In this document: positions 34,097-41,945 of the stretch, piece after piece
Position numbering within the stretch: position 1 is the first letter of the stretch
Layout of the letters: every line of letters begins with the position of its first letter
Assembly (NCBI GenBank): GCA_964413995.1
Contig: CAYPUF010000001.1
Span: forward strand, 37,403 to 87,386
Source of the DNA: an uncultured Gammaproteobacteria bacterium
Lineage (GTDB): Bacteria > Patescibacteriota > Patescibacteriia > 2-12-FULL-60-25
Direction of reading: 5' to 3'
Length of the DNA stretch: 49,984 bases
The notes under the pieces: generated by a model
The model's input: the letters and a program-made list of their open reading frames with translations, nothing else
What the model was told of the DNA's origin: nothing
The model's database searches: none
Made by a program: the position numbers and the translations under genes

Positions 34097-34741
34097 ATGA
34101 CCAACGAACTGCAAGCATTCGTGAAGGAAGGGCTGGCAAAGGGGTTGGGCCGGGACAAGATGAAGGCCGCCCTGCTTGAAGCCGGCTGGCAGGAAGACGA
34201 GGTCCGCAACGCCCTTGCCTCGTATGCGGAGGTCGCGTTTCCCATCCCGGTGCCCAAGCGCAAGCCGTATCTTTCGGCGCGCGAGGCCTTCATGTATCTC
34301 GTGATGTTCCTCACGCTGTACGTGACGGCGTTCAGCGTCGGCACGATCCTCTTCCAGCTCGTCAACCTGTGGCTGCCGGATCCGGCCCAGATCGCCTACG
34401 GCTACGCGTCGGATTATTCGACGAGCCTGATCCGTTCCTCGACCGCCGCCATCATCATCACGTTCCCGCTGTTCCTCTTCATGGCCCGCCTCCTGCAACG
34501 CGCCATCAAGCGGGATCCGTCCAAACGTTCGAGCCTGATCCGCAAGTGGCTCACCTATATCACGCTGTACTTCGCGACCGGCATCATCGTAGGCGACCTG
34601 ATCACGCTCGTGACCTACGTCCTGAACGGCGACCTGACCCTGCGCTTTGTCCTGAAGGTACTCGTGGTGCTCGTCATCGCGGGCAGCATCTTCGGCTATT
34701 ATCTCTGGGATCTGCGCACCGAAGAAAAAGAAACCGTATGA
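34097..34741 (+). CDS. DUF5671-like membrane protein
   Basis: Soluble N-terminal helix bundle (LKEGLAKG...EVRNAL-type) followed by 4 TM segments, an architecture common in CPR genomes. Confidence 0.65.
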   Translation: MTNELQAFVKEGLAKGLGRDKMKAALLEAGWQEDEVRNALASYAEVAFPIPVPKRKPYLSAREAFMYLVMFLTLYVTAFSVGTILFQLVNLWLPDPAQIAYGYASDYSTSLIRSSTAAIIITFPLFLFMARLLQRAIKRDPSKRSSLIRKWLTYITLYFATGIIVGDLITLVTYVLNGDLTLRFVLKVLVVLVIAGSIFGYYLWDLRTEEKETV

Positions 34742-35226
34742 AGAAAAAAGAACCGGGAGCGGAACCAACCAAATACGACACGCTCGGATTCCGCGTGTTC
34801 GTCGGCGCGGTCATCGCGGCCGTCCTTGCCGTGCTGGTCGCGGGCCTGTGGCTCGGCGGCTCGCCGGCGCAGGAACGCGCGCGGCGGCTCGATGCGGCGC
34901 GCGTCTCGGATTTGCAGAACATCTCCAACGCGATCGACCAGTACTACAACGCGAACAACGCACTGCCGCCTGATCTCGCCATGCTCACCCGCTCCCGAGA
35001 GACATACTTCGTCGGCAACATCAACGACCCGGAAACCGGCAGGCCCTACGAATACATGACCCGCACCGCGAACACGTACGATCTCTGCGCGACGTTCGCG
35101 ACGGACAACCGGGAGGAACAGGCGCCACGCCCGCGCGAGCCGTACCCGGCCTGGGAAAGCCGTTTCTGGGAACACGGGCCGGAACACACCTGCTTCACCA
35201 TCACCGCCCGGACGTTCCCGAAATAA
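34738..35226 (+). CDS. membrane-anchored pilin-like protein
   Basis: ATGA overlap with the previous gene. A TM anchor is followed by RRLDAARVSDLQNISNAIDQYYNANNALP, which resembles the alpha1-C region of type IV pilins. No G/FTLIE prepilin cleavage motif. Confidence 0.55.
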   Translation: MKKKEPGAEPTKYDTLGFRVFVGAVIAAVLAVLVAGLWLGGSPAQERARRLDAARVSDLQNISNAIDQYYNANNALPPDLAMLTRSRETYFVGNINDPETGRPYEYMTRTANTYDLCATFATDNREEQAPRPREPYPAWESRFWEHGPEHTCFTITARTFPK

Positions 35227-35228
35227 TT

Positions 35229-35675
35229 ATGAATGTCGATTACGCTTCCATCACCCTGCCGAAAACGGATTTGGCGGAATTGTATCGCGGCTTGGTGCTG
35301 CGCCACCTGGTGGAAAACGAAATCCGGCGTGAAGAAGGACTGGAGGAGGCGGGGGAACCGAAGGTGCTGATCGCGCTCGAATCCGCGCTGAATCTCACGG
35401 ACACCGAGGCCGACGCGCTGTATCACCGCGCCGAGGACGAGCTGTGGGATTACGCGTGGTATGCGTACACGGACGAATGGGCGTGGTTCCGGGCGCGACA
35501 GGAGGTGCTCGAGGAGCTGGGCACCAAACGGACGGGGTTGACGCAGGAGGCGCTGGACCGCAAGACGGAAGACCGCTATCGCGAAAAGTTCGACGCGTAT
35601 GTCGCGGAGATCGACATGCGCGAACCGGCGGCAAGCACAAAAAAGAAAAAGGAGAAGAAACGGGCACAAAAGTGA
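35229..35675 (+). CDS. hypothetical acidic Trp-rich protein with Lys-rich tail
   Basis: Starts 2 nt after the previous stop. Contains DELWDYAWYAYTDEWAWF. No family recognised. Confidence 0.55.
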   Translation: MNVDYASITLPKTDLAELYRGLVLRHLVENEIRREEGLEEAGEPKVLIALESALNLTDTEADALYHRAEDELWDYAWYAYTDEWAWFRARQEVLEELGTKRTGLTQEALDRKTEDRYREKFDAYVAEIDMREPAASTKKKKEKKRAQK

Positions 35676-35740
35676 AACGTGAAGGTGAAGAGTGAAACGC
35701 CTGACGCTACGCTCTACGCGTTACGCTCTACGCTTTTTTT
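35672..35740. repeat. two tandem heptamer arrays plus T7
   Basis: gtgaaac gtgaagg (g)tgaaga gtgaaac, then gctacgc tctacgc gttacgc tctacgc, then ttttttt. The arms are not complementary. Confidence 0.65.
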
Positions 35741-35748
35741 GTTATACT
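35740..35748 (+). promoter_or_regulatory. extended -10 (TGtTATACT), 8 nt upstream of the ATG
   Basis: TGT TATACT ttttcccg ATG (35757). No SD. Confidence 0.45.
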
Positions 35749-35756
35749 TTTTCCCG

Positions 35757-37097
35757 ATGGACTCGCACCGCCACCAAAACGCGTGGGTCGTTTCGGTCAA
35801 CATGGGTTATGGCCATGCGCGCGCCGCGTACGGGTTGGAGGACCTTGCACACGGCGGCATCATCACGGCAAACGACTATCCCGGCATCCCGGCCCGCGAC
35901 CGCGAGCTCTGGCGCAAATCGCGCGACGCCTACGAATTTATCTCGCGCCTGCAACCGCTACCCGGCATCGGCAAGATCGCCTTCGGCGTGCTCGATTATC
36001 TCCAGAGCATTCCCGACTTCTATCCCCGCCGCGATTTGAGCCGGCCCACGCTCCAGCTCAAATACGTTTACTATCTCATCCGCCGCAGGAATCTCGGCAA
36101 GCATCTCATCGAAAAACTCGCCAAAAAGCCGCTGCCGCTCGTCTCCACGTTCTTCAACGTCGGCTTTGCGGCCGAGGAACACGGCTACCCGGGAGACATC
36201 TACCTCGTGACGACCGACGCGGACGTCAGTCGCGCCTGGGTGCCGCTGGATCCGAAGCGCAGCCGCATCAAGTATTTCGCGTCCAACGGCCGCGTCGTGG
36301 AACGGCTCAAATTGTACGGGGTCCGTGACGAAAACATCTTCCTGACCGGATTCCCGTTGCCGAAAAAACTGGTCGGCGGTCCGGAGGCGACGATCGTCAA
36401 ACGCGATCTGGCGGCCCGTATTTGCAATCTCGATCCCAATGCGATCTTCATCAGAAAGTACGAGAAGATTTTACTCGATGAACTCGGTCCGGAATTGTGC
36501 GAATTCAAAAAGAAACATCCGCTGACCCTGACGTTTGCGGTCGGCGGCGCGGGCGCGCAGCGCGAACTCGGCATCGAGATCGTCAAGGGATTGCGGTACC
36601 GCGTCATGCAGGGCGCGATCCGGGTCAATCTCGAGGCGGGCATCCGTCCGGAGGTCGCCGCGTATTTCGAACGCGAGATCCGCAAGCTGCGTCTCGGACG
36701 GATGTTGGGGAAAAGCCTCCAGGTCCACGCCTATCCCGACCGCGCGACCTATTTCCGCGCCCTGAACGACACGCTGCGCAAAACCGACATTCTCTGGACC
36801 AAGCCGAGCGAGATGTCTTTTTATTGCGGCCTCGGGCTGCCGATCATCATGGCGCCGACGATCGGTTCGCAGGAGGATTTTAATAAATTATGGCTCGAAT
36901 CGGCCGTGAACGCGGGCACGTCGCAGCTTGATCCCGCGTACTGCGGCGAATGGTTGTTTGACTGGATCAATTCCGGCGGGCTGGCGAAATACGCGTGGAA
37001 CGGCTACATCGAGGCGCCCACGCACGGCACGTATCGCATCGAAAGCGTCCTCACCGGTGAAAAGATGCCGGTCGCGGAATTGCCGTTGATTGTTTAG
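35757..37097 (+). CDS. putative GT-B glycosyltransferase (GT28, MGDG synthase/UgtP-like)
   Basis: N-terminal SVNMGYGHARAA (the G-x-GH motif of the MGDG synthase family) and C-terminal LWTKPSE...GLPIIMAPTIGSQEDFN (compare TKPGG...PIPGQE). The function is tentative. Confidence 0.5.
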   Translation: MDSHRHQNAWVVSVNMGYGHARAAYGLEDLAHGGIITANDYPGIPARDRELWRKSRDAYEFISRLQPLPGIGKIAFGVLDYLQSIPDFYPRRDLSRPTLQLKYVYYLIRRRNLGKHLIEKLAKKPLPLVSTFFNVGFAAEEHGYPGDIYLVTTDADVSRAWVPLDPKRSRIKYFASNGRVVERLKLYGVRDENIFLTGFPLPKKLVGGPEATIVKRDLAARICNLDPNAIFIRKYEKILLDELGPELCEFKKKHPLTLTFAVGGAGAQRELGIEIVKGLRYRVMQGAIRVNLEAGIRPEVAAYFEREIRKLRLGRMLGKSLQVHAYPDRATYFRALNDTLRKTDILWTKPSEMSFYCGLGLPIIMAPTIGSQEDFNKLWLESAVNAGTSQLDPAYCGEWLFDWINSGGLAKYAWNGYIEAPTHGTYRIESVLTGEKMPVAELPLIV

Positions 37098-37131
37098 TAA
37101 CCATGAACCGTTAACCTTTCTAGGTTAGCGG

Positions 37132-37401
37132 TTACTTCCCGTACAGCGGAAGTTCTGATTCCGCAGAGGCGGCCGTTGCGCCGTTATTGACCCAGGCGCT
37201 CACGAGCCCGCCGATATCGGAGGCGCCCGTCAAATCCGGCATGAGCCAGCCGAGCAAAAAGGCGGACGCGATGAACAGCACGATAAATCCGCCGACGATA
37301 CCGAAAAACACATCGTCCGCTTCGGCGACTTCAAACACCAGCGTGTGGATGAGGACCGCAATCACAAGAATCGCGACGGCGATAATCAATGCCAAAATCA
37401 T
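37132..37401 (-). CDS. small two-TM membrane protein
   Basis: 89 aa with two hydrophobic helices. No family recognised. Confidence 0.45.
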   Translation of the reverse strand: MILALIIAVAILVIAVLIHTLVFEVAEADDVFFGIVGGFIVLFIASAFLLGWLMPDLTGASDIGGLVSAWVNNGATAASAESELPLYGK

Positions 37402-37450
37402 ATCTCGCGTCGAATGTCTTTCGACGGTACAAAGAAAAATAATTGATTGT

Positions 37451-37532
37451 CAAGCGGTAGACCACCCCCTGCCCCCTCCTCAGAGGAGGAGTGGGTGCCG
37501 AGCGAGAGCGAGGCGGGGCGGTCTACCGCTTG
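37451..37532. repeat. 82-nt nested hairpin
   Basis: 13-bp perfect outer stem CAAGCGGTAGACC / GGTCTACCGCTTG. Inner CTCCTC-agag-GAGGAG core (37472-37497), related to 12740-12780. The right arm contains the stop of the upstream gene. Confidence 0.8.
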
Positions 37533-38530
37533 AACGCTCCGTTTTCAAACACCACCCTTTCATCCGCAACGATGCGGTCCACGGCCGGAAAGACGTCGAT
37601 ATGATACTTGGTGTGATGCGGGATGAACCCCGGTTTTTTGTACACGCCATGCTTTTCGCCGAGCGAAAGGTGCAGACCGTACACGCGTTCAAACGCGGTG
37701 ATGTCGTCGAGCGGATGTTCGCGTGAAATCGCGCGGTTGAGACCGAGACCGAATTCGCGCACGAGCGGTCGTTCATCGGCTTTGATCTTTTCGAGAACCG
37801 CGACAAAACCCGTGGGCGCATCCGGACCCGCCTCTATGAGACCGTCGCGCACGATGGCGGTAAACGGCGGGTCGTAAAAACGGACGAGAAAATCGTCGTC
37901 GGCAAAGGCGTAGATTTTCAGCTCGCCGTTCACCTTCGACAAATCACGCGCCTCGGTAAACACCTCGCCGATCGGAAACGTGCCGCCGACATGTTCCATG
38001 CCCGTATAGTCGCCGATATTGAGCTTGGCCGGCTCCATCCCGCCTTCCCACGTGAGGACGGAATCGCCGCATTCGACGCGCACCGTCGAAACTTCATCAA
38101 GCATCCGTTTCAATATGCGGCCCGTCTCTCCGTCCGCGTCCGGATCGAAGGCGAGCGCGTCGATCCAGGTCGCCCATTGCGCTTCCGGCATCCGCGCGAG
38201 ATGCACGTGTTCGATCGTCTTAAGCTTGCGCGCGAACAGTTCGAGGCGGATGCGAAACTCGTTCAGACGAAAGCTGGTCGATTGGACAAGCGCGACCACG
38301 TCGCCGGGCTTGAGCGCGTCGATATGCGCCAGGATGGAGGACTGATCGGATGCATCGAAGTCGATGAATACCGCGTCTGGCGCGGCTTCGCGATACGCGT
38401 CCGCCATGACCGACGCGAGGCCGGACTGCCGGTCATACACGACCAACACGCGCGCGTCCGGCACACGCTTGATGGAATTCGTGAGGATGCGGCGGATGTG
38501 TCCGGCCGCGATGGAAACCAATGGATTCAC
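37523..38530 (-). CDS. aminopeptidase-like protein (M29/AmpS-like, tentative)
   Basis: EFGLGLNRAI...LHLSLGEKH resembles the M29 C-terminal block. Start moved to GTG 38530 because 38553-38579 looks like the pyrF terminator. Confidence 0.5.
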   Translation of the reverse strand: MNPLVSIAAGHIRRILTNSIKRVPDARVLVVYDRQSGLASVMADAYREAAPDAVFIDFDASDQSSILAHIDALKPGDVVALVQSTSFRLNEFRIRLELFARKLKTIEHVHLARMPEAQWATWIDALAFDPDADGETGRILKRMLDEVSTVRVECGDSVLTWEGGMEPAKLNIGDYTGMEHVGGTFPIGEVFTEARDLSKVNGELKIYAFADDDFLVRFYDPPFTAIVRDGLIEAGPDAPTGFVAVLEKIKADERPLVREFGLGLNRAISREHPLDDITAFERVYGLHLSLGEKHGVYKKPGFIPHHTKYHIDVFPAVDRIVADERVVFENGAFKR

Positions 38531-38552
38531 GGCCGCAAGATCGCATAATTTG

Positions 38553-38579
38553 GGGAAAAAGAAAAGACCCAAATGGGTC
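38553..38579 (-). terminator. terminator-like hairpin after pyrF
   Basis: Minus strand: GACCC-attt-GGGTC followed by TTTTCTTTTT. The stem is short (5 bp). Confidence 0.4.
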
Positions 38580-39492
38580 AGGCCTTCAGGCACGCCGTGA
38601 TCTGGTCGTGCAGCTTCCGCGTCTCGCGGCGGGCGGCCTCGGCGAAGTCCTCGCCGCTCGAGGCGTAGAGGATACCGCGCGAGGAATTGATGATCATGCC
38701 GCGCCCGCGCGTGTCGCGACCGGCCTTCACGGCCGCCTCGAGATCGCCGCCCTGCGCCCCGATGCCGGGGATCAGGATCGGCATGTCGCCGACAATCCGG
38801 CGAACCTCAGCGAGCTCGGACGGGTAGGTCGCACCGACCACGACCGCGCAGTTGCCGTTGGCGTTCCACCTGGTCGCCACGCTGTGTGCAACGTACTGAT
38901 ACAGCGGCAGGGTGTCGATGATCTCGCGATCGCGTCGCCCCCCGATCATCTCCCGCAAGCCCTGCGAAAGATGCAACTCCAGGTCTTGAAGCTCCTTCGC
39001 GCCCTTGTTCGACGTGCGGCAGAGCACGATCACGCCCTTGTCGGCGCGGTCGAGGAACGGCTGCATTGCCTCGGCACCGAGGTACGGATGCACGGTGATC
39101 GCGTCGGCCTGCAGGTCGTCGAAGGCGCTCTTCGCGTAGCCCGCGTTGGTGTTCCCGATGTCCGCGCGCTTCGCGTCGTAGATCACGGGCACGTCCGGCG
39201 CGTACTGGCGGATGTGGTGCAGCGTCCACGCGAGCGCCTCCAGGCCCGCCGCGCCGTACGCCTCGTAGAATGCGGCGTTCGGCTTGTATGCGCAGACGAG
39301 GTCCCTGGTCATGTCCACGATCGCGATGTTGAACGCGGCGATCGTGGCGGTCCTCTCGTCGATGTCCCTCGAACGCAGGTGCGTCGGGATCGTCACGGAC
39401 TTCGGGAGCTTCTCCAGCACCGGATCGAGCCCCACGCACACGAACTTGCCCTTGGCCCACTTGGCCTCGAGCATCTGCATGAAATGTCTCAA
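38578..39492 (-). CDS. pyrF: orotidine 5'-phosphate decarboxylase, type 2
   Basis: FVCVGLDP, IYDAKRADIGNT and the long type-2 architecture. TTG start at 39492 lies 6 nt after GGAGG (39497-39503); the alternative ATG is at 39480. Confidence 0.85.
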   Translation of the reverse strand: MRHFMQMLEAKWAKGKFVCVGLDPVLEKLPKSVTIPTHLRSRDIDERTATIAAFNIAIVDMTRDLVCAYKPNAAFYEAYGAAGLEALAWTLHHIRQYAPDVPVIYDAKRADIGNTNAGYAKSAFDDLQADAITVHPYLGAEAMQPFLDRADKGVIVLCRTSNKGAKELQDLELHLSQGLREMIGGRRDREIIDTLPLYQYVAHSVATRWNANGNCAVVVGATYPSELAEVRRIVGDMPILIPGIGAQGGDLEAAVKAGRDTRGRGMIINSSRGILYASSGEDFAEAARRETRKLHDQITACLKA

Positions 39493-39543
39493 AGAGCACC
39501 TCCTTATGTGCGGAGGCAACTTTTACAGAAAACGCCTTTTTTA

Positions 39544-40806
39544 TCAAGGCGCCGGAGGCGTAATGCGATACACCAGCCCCGTCTTGTCATCCGTGACGTA
39601 CAGCGTTCCATCGGAACCGAACGTCAGGTCCGCCGGACGTCCGAGCACGCCCTGGTCAGACAGCCAGCCGGAGGCAAAATCCTCGTCGCGCACGACGTTT
39701 CCGTTCTCGTCCAATACGAAACGGCGGATGGCATAGCCCGTCGGCACGGACCTGTTCCACGAACCGTGATACGCGACAAGCAGGTTTCCCACGTATTCCT
39801 CCGGCCATCCCCCATCTTTCGGAACGAACGCGAGTCCGAGCGGTGCGCTATGCGCCGGCACGTCGATATGGCTCGGCGTCTCAAACGGCTCCATGCACGG
39901 ATTGCGGATATACGTATTCTTGTCGAAGACCGTATCGTGGACGTTCTTGCCGTAACAAATCGGCCATCCGTAATTTTTTCCCTCTTCGATAAGATTAATC
40001 TCGTCCGGCGGCAGATCGTCGCCGAGAAAATCGCGCCCCATCTCGGTCGCCCAGATCGCCCCGTTCGGCCCGGCTTCCATGAATACGGAATTGCGCAATC
40101 CGACGGCGTACGGCTTCAGATCGCTTCCGTCCAACCGCACGGACTGGATCGTGCCGCGGCGCTCGTCCTCTTCATGGCACACGTCGCAAGCGGAACCGAT
40201 GCTGATTAGCAAACGCTCTTCGCCCTTGCCGGTGGGTGCGAATTCAAGGCTCCGCGTCCAGTGCCGTCCCCCGGTCGGTAGCGGAGCAAGCACGCGATGC
40301 GCTTCGGCGCGTGTCAGCCCGTCGTTCAGGCGCATGAGACTCAACGCGCCGGTTTCCGCGACGTACAAATCATATCCGCCGTCACGTAGGTAGAACAGGA
40401 AATCGTGCGGCCGGTTCAGGTTTGCCGCGACCGTGACGCGCCCTTCGGATACGCCGTCGCCGTCCGCATCGGGCAATAGCGAGATCCGGCCCGCATTCGG
40501 TTCCGCGACGAATACCGAGCCGTTCGGCGCGATCCGGATCGAACGCGGCGACTCCAGGCTCTTCGCATACAGGTTGATCGAGAAGCCGCGCGGCAGCACG
40601 AGCGGCAACCCCGTCTCGTTTTTGCCAAGCGGCACCTCCCCATCCCCCGCGGACGTCGCCGGCTGTTCCGGGATGGCTTTGGAGAGATCGATCGGGGGCT
40701 GCGTAAGGATGGGGATAAAGCCCCGATATGGCCAGGCGATGATGAGAAGTCCGAGGATAATCGCCAGGACGATCCCGGCGATGATCCCATAGCGGCGGTT
40801 GTTCAT
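39544..40806 (-). CDS. membrane-anchored PQQ-dependent sugar dehydrogenase (glucose/sorbosone dehydrogenase family)
   Basis: N-terminal TM segment and beta-propeller motifs (GWPICYG, HSAPLGLAF, GRPADLTFGSDGTLYVTDD). Start at MNNRRYG (40806). The ORF-track extension crosses the tRNA. Confidence 0.78.
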   Translation of the reverse strand: MNNRRYGIIAGIVLAIILGLLIIAWPYRGFIPILTQPPIDLSKAIPEQPATSAGDGEVPLGKNETGLPLVLPRGFSINLYAKSLESPRSIRIAPNGSVFVAEPNAGRISLLPDADGDGVSEGRVTVAANLNRPHDFLFYLRDGGYDLYVAETGALSLMRLNDGLTRAEAHRVLAPLPTGGRHWTRSLEFAPTGKGEERLLISIGSACDVCHEEDERRGTIQSVRLDGSDLKPYAVGLRNSVFMEAGPNGAIWATEMGRDFLGDDLPPDEINLIEEGKNYGWPICYGKNVHDTVFDKNTYIRNPCMEPFETPSHIDVPAHSAPLGLAFVPKDGGWPEEYVGNLLVAYHGSWNRSVPTGYAIRRFVLDENGNVVRDEDFASGWLSDQGVLGRPADLTFGSDGTLYVTDDKTGLVYRITPPAP

Positions 40807-40831
40807 ACGGATACATCGTAGCAACGCAAAA

Positions 40832-40850
40832 CCCCGCCGGAAAGGCGGGG
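40832..40850 (-). terminator. tRNA-Val trailer hairpin
   Basis: Minus strand: CCCCGCC-tttcc-GGCGGGG followed by TTTTG. Confidence 0.6.
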
Positions 40851-40857
40851 TCTTGTA

Positions 40858-40934
40858 TGGTGGACGTTGCAGGATTCGAACCTGCGACCTCACCGATGTG
40901 AACGGTGCGCTCTAACCAACTGAGCTAAACGTCC
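40858..40934 (-). tRNA. tRNA-Val (CAC), CCA encoded
   Basis: Reverse complement: GGACGTT..GCTCAGTTGGTTAGAGC..CACCG-TTCACAT-CGGTG..GCAGG-TTCGAAT-CCTGC-AACGTCC-A-CCA. Confidence 0.92.
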
Positions 40935-40978
40935 AAAGTGGTCTGATCATAGGGAATGACCTACAATTTGGCAAGACT

Positions 40979-41899
40979 ATGGACAAAACCCTCGGCATGT
41001 GGATTTCCGGCGCCGCGCAGGCGCTGGAAGCGATCGCGGAAGACCGCGAGCAGGCCTGGATCGAGGCAAGAAGGCTCGCGGCATTCGGTTTGAAAAAACC
41101 GGAATCCTGGCTCGTGGCGCATACGGACAAGACGCTGACAAAAAGACAGACGGACGCGCTCGCCCCGTTACGGAAACGTAGGCTCAAACGCGAGCCCATG
41201 GAATATCTCCTCGGTTCGGCCGTTTTCTTCGGCCGGGAATTCGCCGTCGACAAGCACGTCCTGATTCCGCGCCCGGAGACCGAGGATCTTGTCGTCGAAG
41301 CGTTGAAGGAGATCCGGCCGGGCGATCTCGTCGTAGAGATCGGGACCGGGTCGGGCGCGATCGCCATCACCGTCGCGGCCGAACGCCCCGGCGTGACGGT
41401 GTTCACAAGCGATACCGACGCGGCCGCGCTCTCGGTCGCAAGAAAAAACGCGCGGCGACTCGCGCCGGGGCGCATCCGCTTCTTCCACGGATCGCTGTTC
41501 CATCCCGCACTGATCCGTGCGATTCGCACCGCAGGAGCAAGGCGCGCCTTGCCCCTACGCATCCACACGCTCGCCAATCTCCCCTATCTTCCGTTCTCCG
41601 ACCGGAAAACCATGCCCGTCTCGGTCGTGAAATACGAACCCGCCAAGGCGCTCTTCGCGAAAGATGATGGGATGGAATTGAACAAAAAATTGATGGAACA
41701 GGTAGGGGCGCAATTCATTGCGCCCCCGAGCGGGCGTGATAAATCACGCCCCTACATGGCCATTCTCCTCGAACTCGACCCGCCGCAATCAAAAAAACTC
41801 TCCGCCTTTGCGAAGAGCCTCTTTCCCGATGCCGATGTTTCCATCATCCGCGACCGATGCGGGAGAGAAAGAATTTTACGCGTAACGCGTAGAGCATGA
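40979..41899 (+). CDS. prmC: peptide chain release factor N5-glutamine methyltransferase (PrmC/HemK)
   Basis: EPMEYLLGSAVFFGREF, LIPRPETE, EIGTGSGAI, and a catalytic tetrad present as NLPY. Carries palindromic insert(s). Confidence 0.85.
   Translation: MDKTLGMWISGAAQALEAIAEDREQAWIEARRLAAFGLKKPESWLVAHTDKTLTKRQTDALAPLRKRRLKREPMEYLLGSAVFFGREFAVDKHVLIPRPETEDLVVEALKEIRPGDLVVEIGTGSGAIAITVAAERPGVTVFTSDTDAAALSVARKNARRLAPGRIRFFHGSLFHPALIRAIRTAGARRALPLRIHTLANLPYLPFSDRKTMPVSVVKYEPAKALFAKDDGMELNKKLMEQVGAQFIAPPSGRDKSRPYMAILLELDPPQSKKLSAFAKSLFPDADVSIIRDRCGRERILRVTRRA
41702..41755 (+). repeat. in-frame double-hairpin palindromic element, copy 2 (54 nt)
   Basis: GTAGGGGCG...CGCCCCTAC 9-bp terminal inverted repeats. 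GGGGCGCAA-ttca-TTGCGCCCC and GGGCGTGA-taaa-TCACGCCC hairpins. Translated as VGAQFIAPPSGRDKSRPY. Confidence 0.85.
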
Positions 41900-41945
41900 C
41901 GCGCAACGCCGACGCTACGCCTTTACGCTCTATGCTCTGCGCTTC
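41875..41945. repeat. heptamer-word imperfect dyad between convergent genes
   Basis: gcgtaac gcgtaga gcatgac gcgcaac ... gctacgc ctttacg ctctatg ctctgcg. The prmC stop lies inside the left arm. Confidence 0.6.

Noticed and set aside
32927-34768. 613-aa ORF that would add about 235 residues to the N-terminus of the malic enzyme.
   Set aside because: The extension is antisense to the DUF5671 gene and is compositionally aberrant (RDEH-rich). The malic enzyme homology begins at MTDIKRAS (34063).
39544-40893. N-terminal extension of the sugar dehydrogenase ORF (MRSQVRILQRPPY...).
   Set aside because: The extension is the translation of tRNA-Val and its terminator hairpin. The real start is MNNRRYG at 40806.
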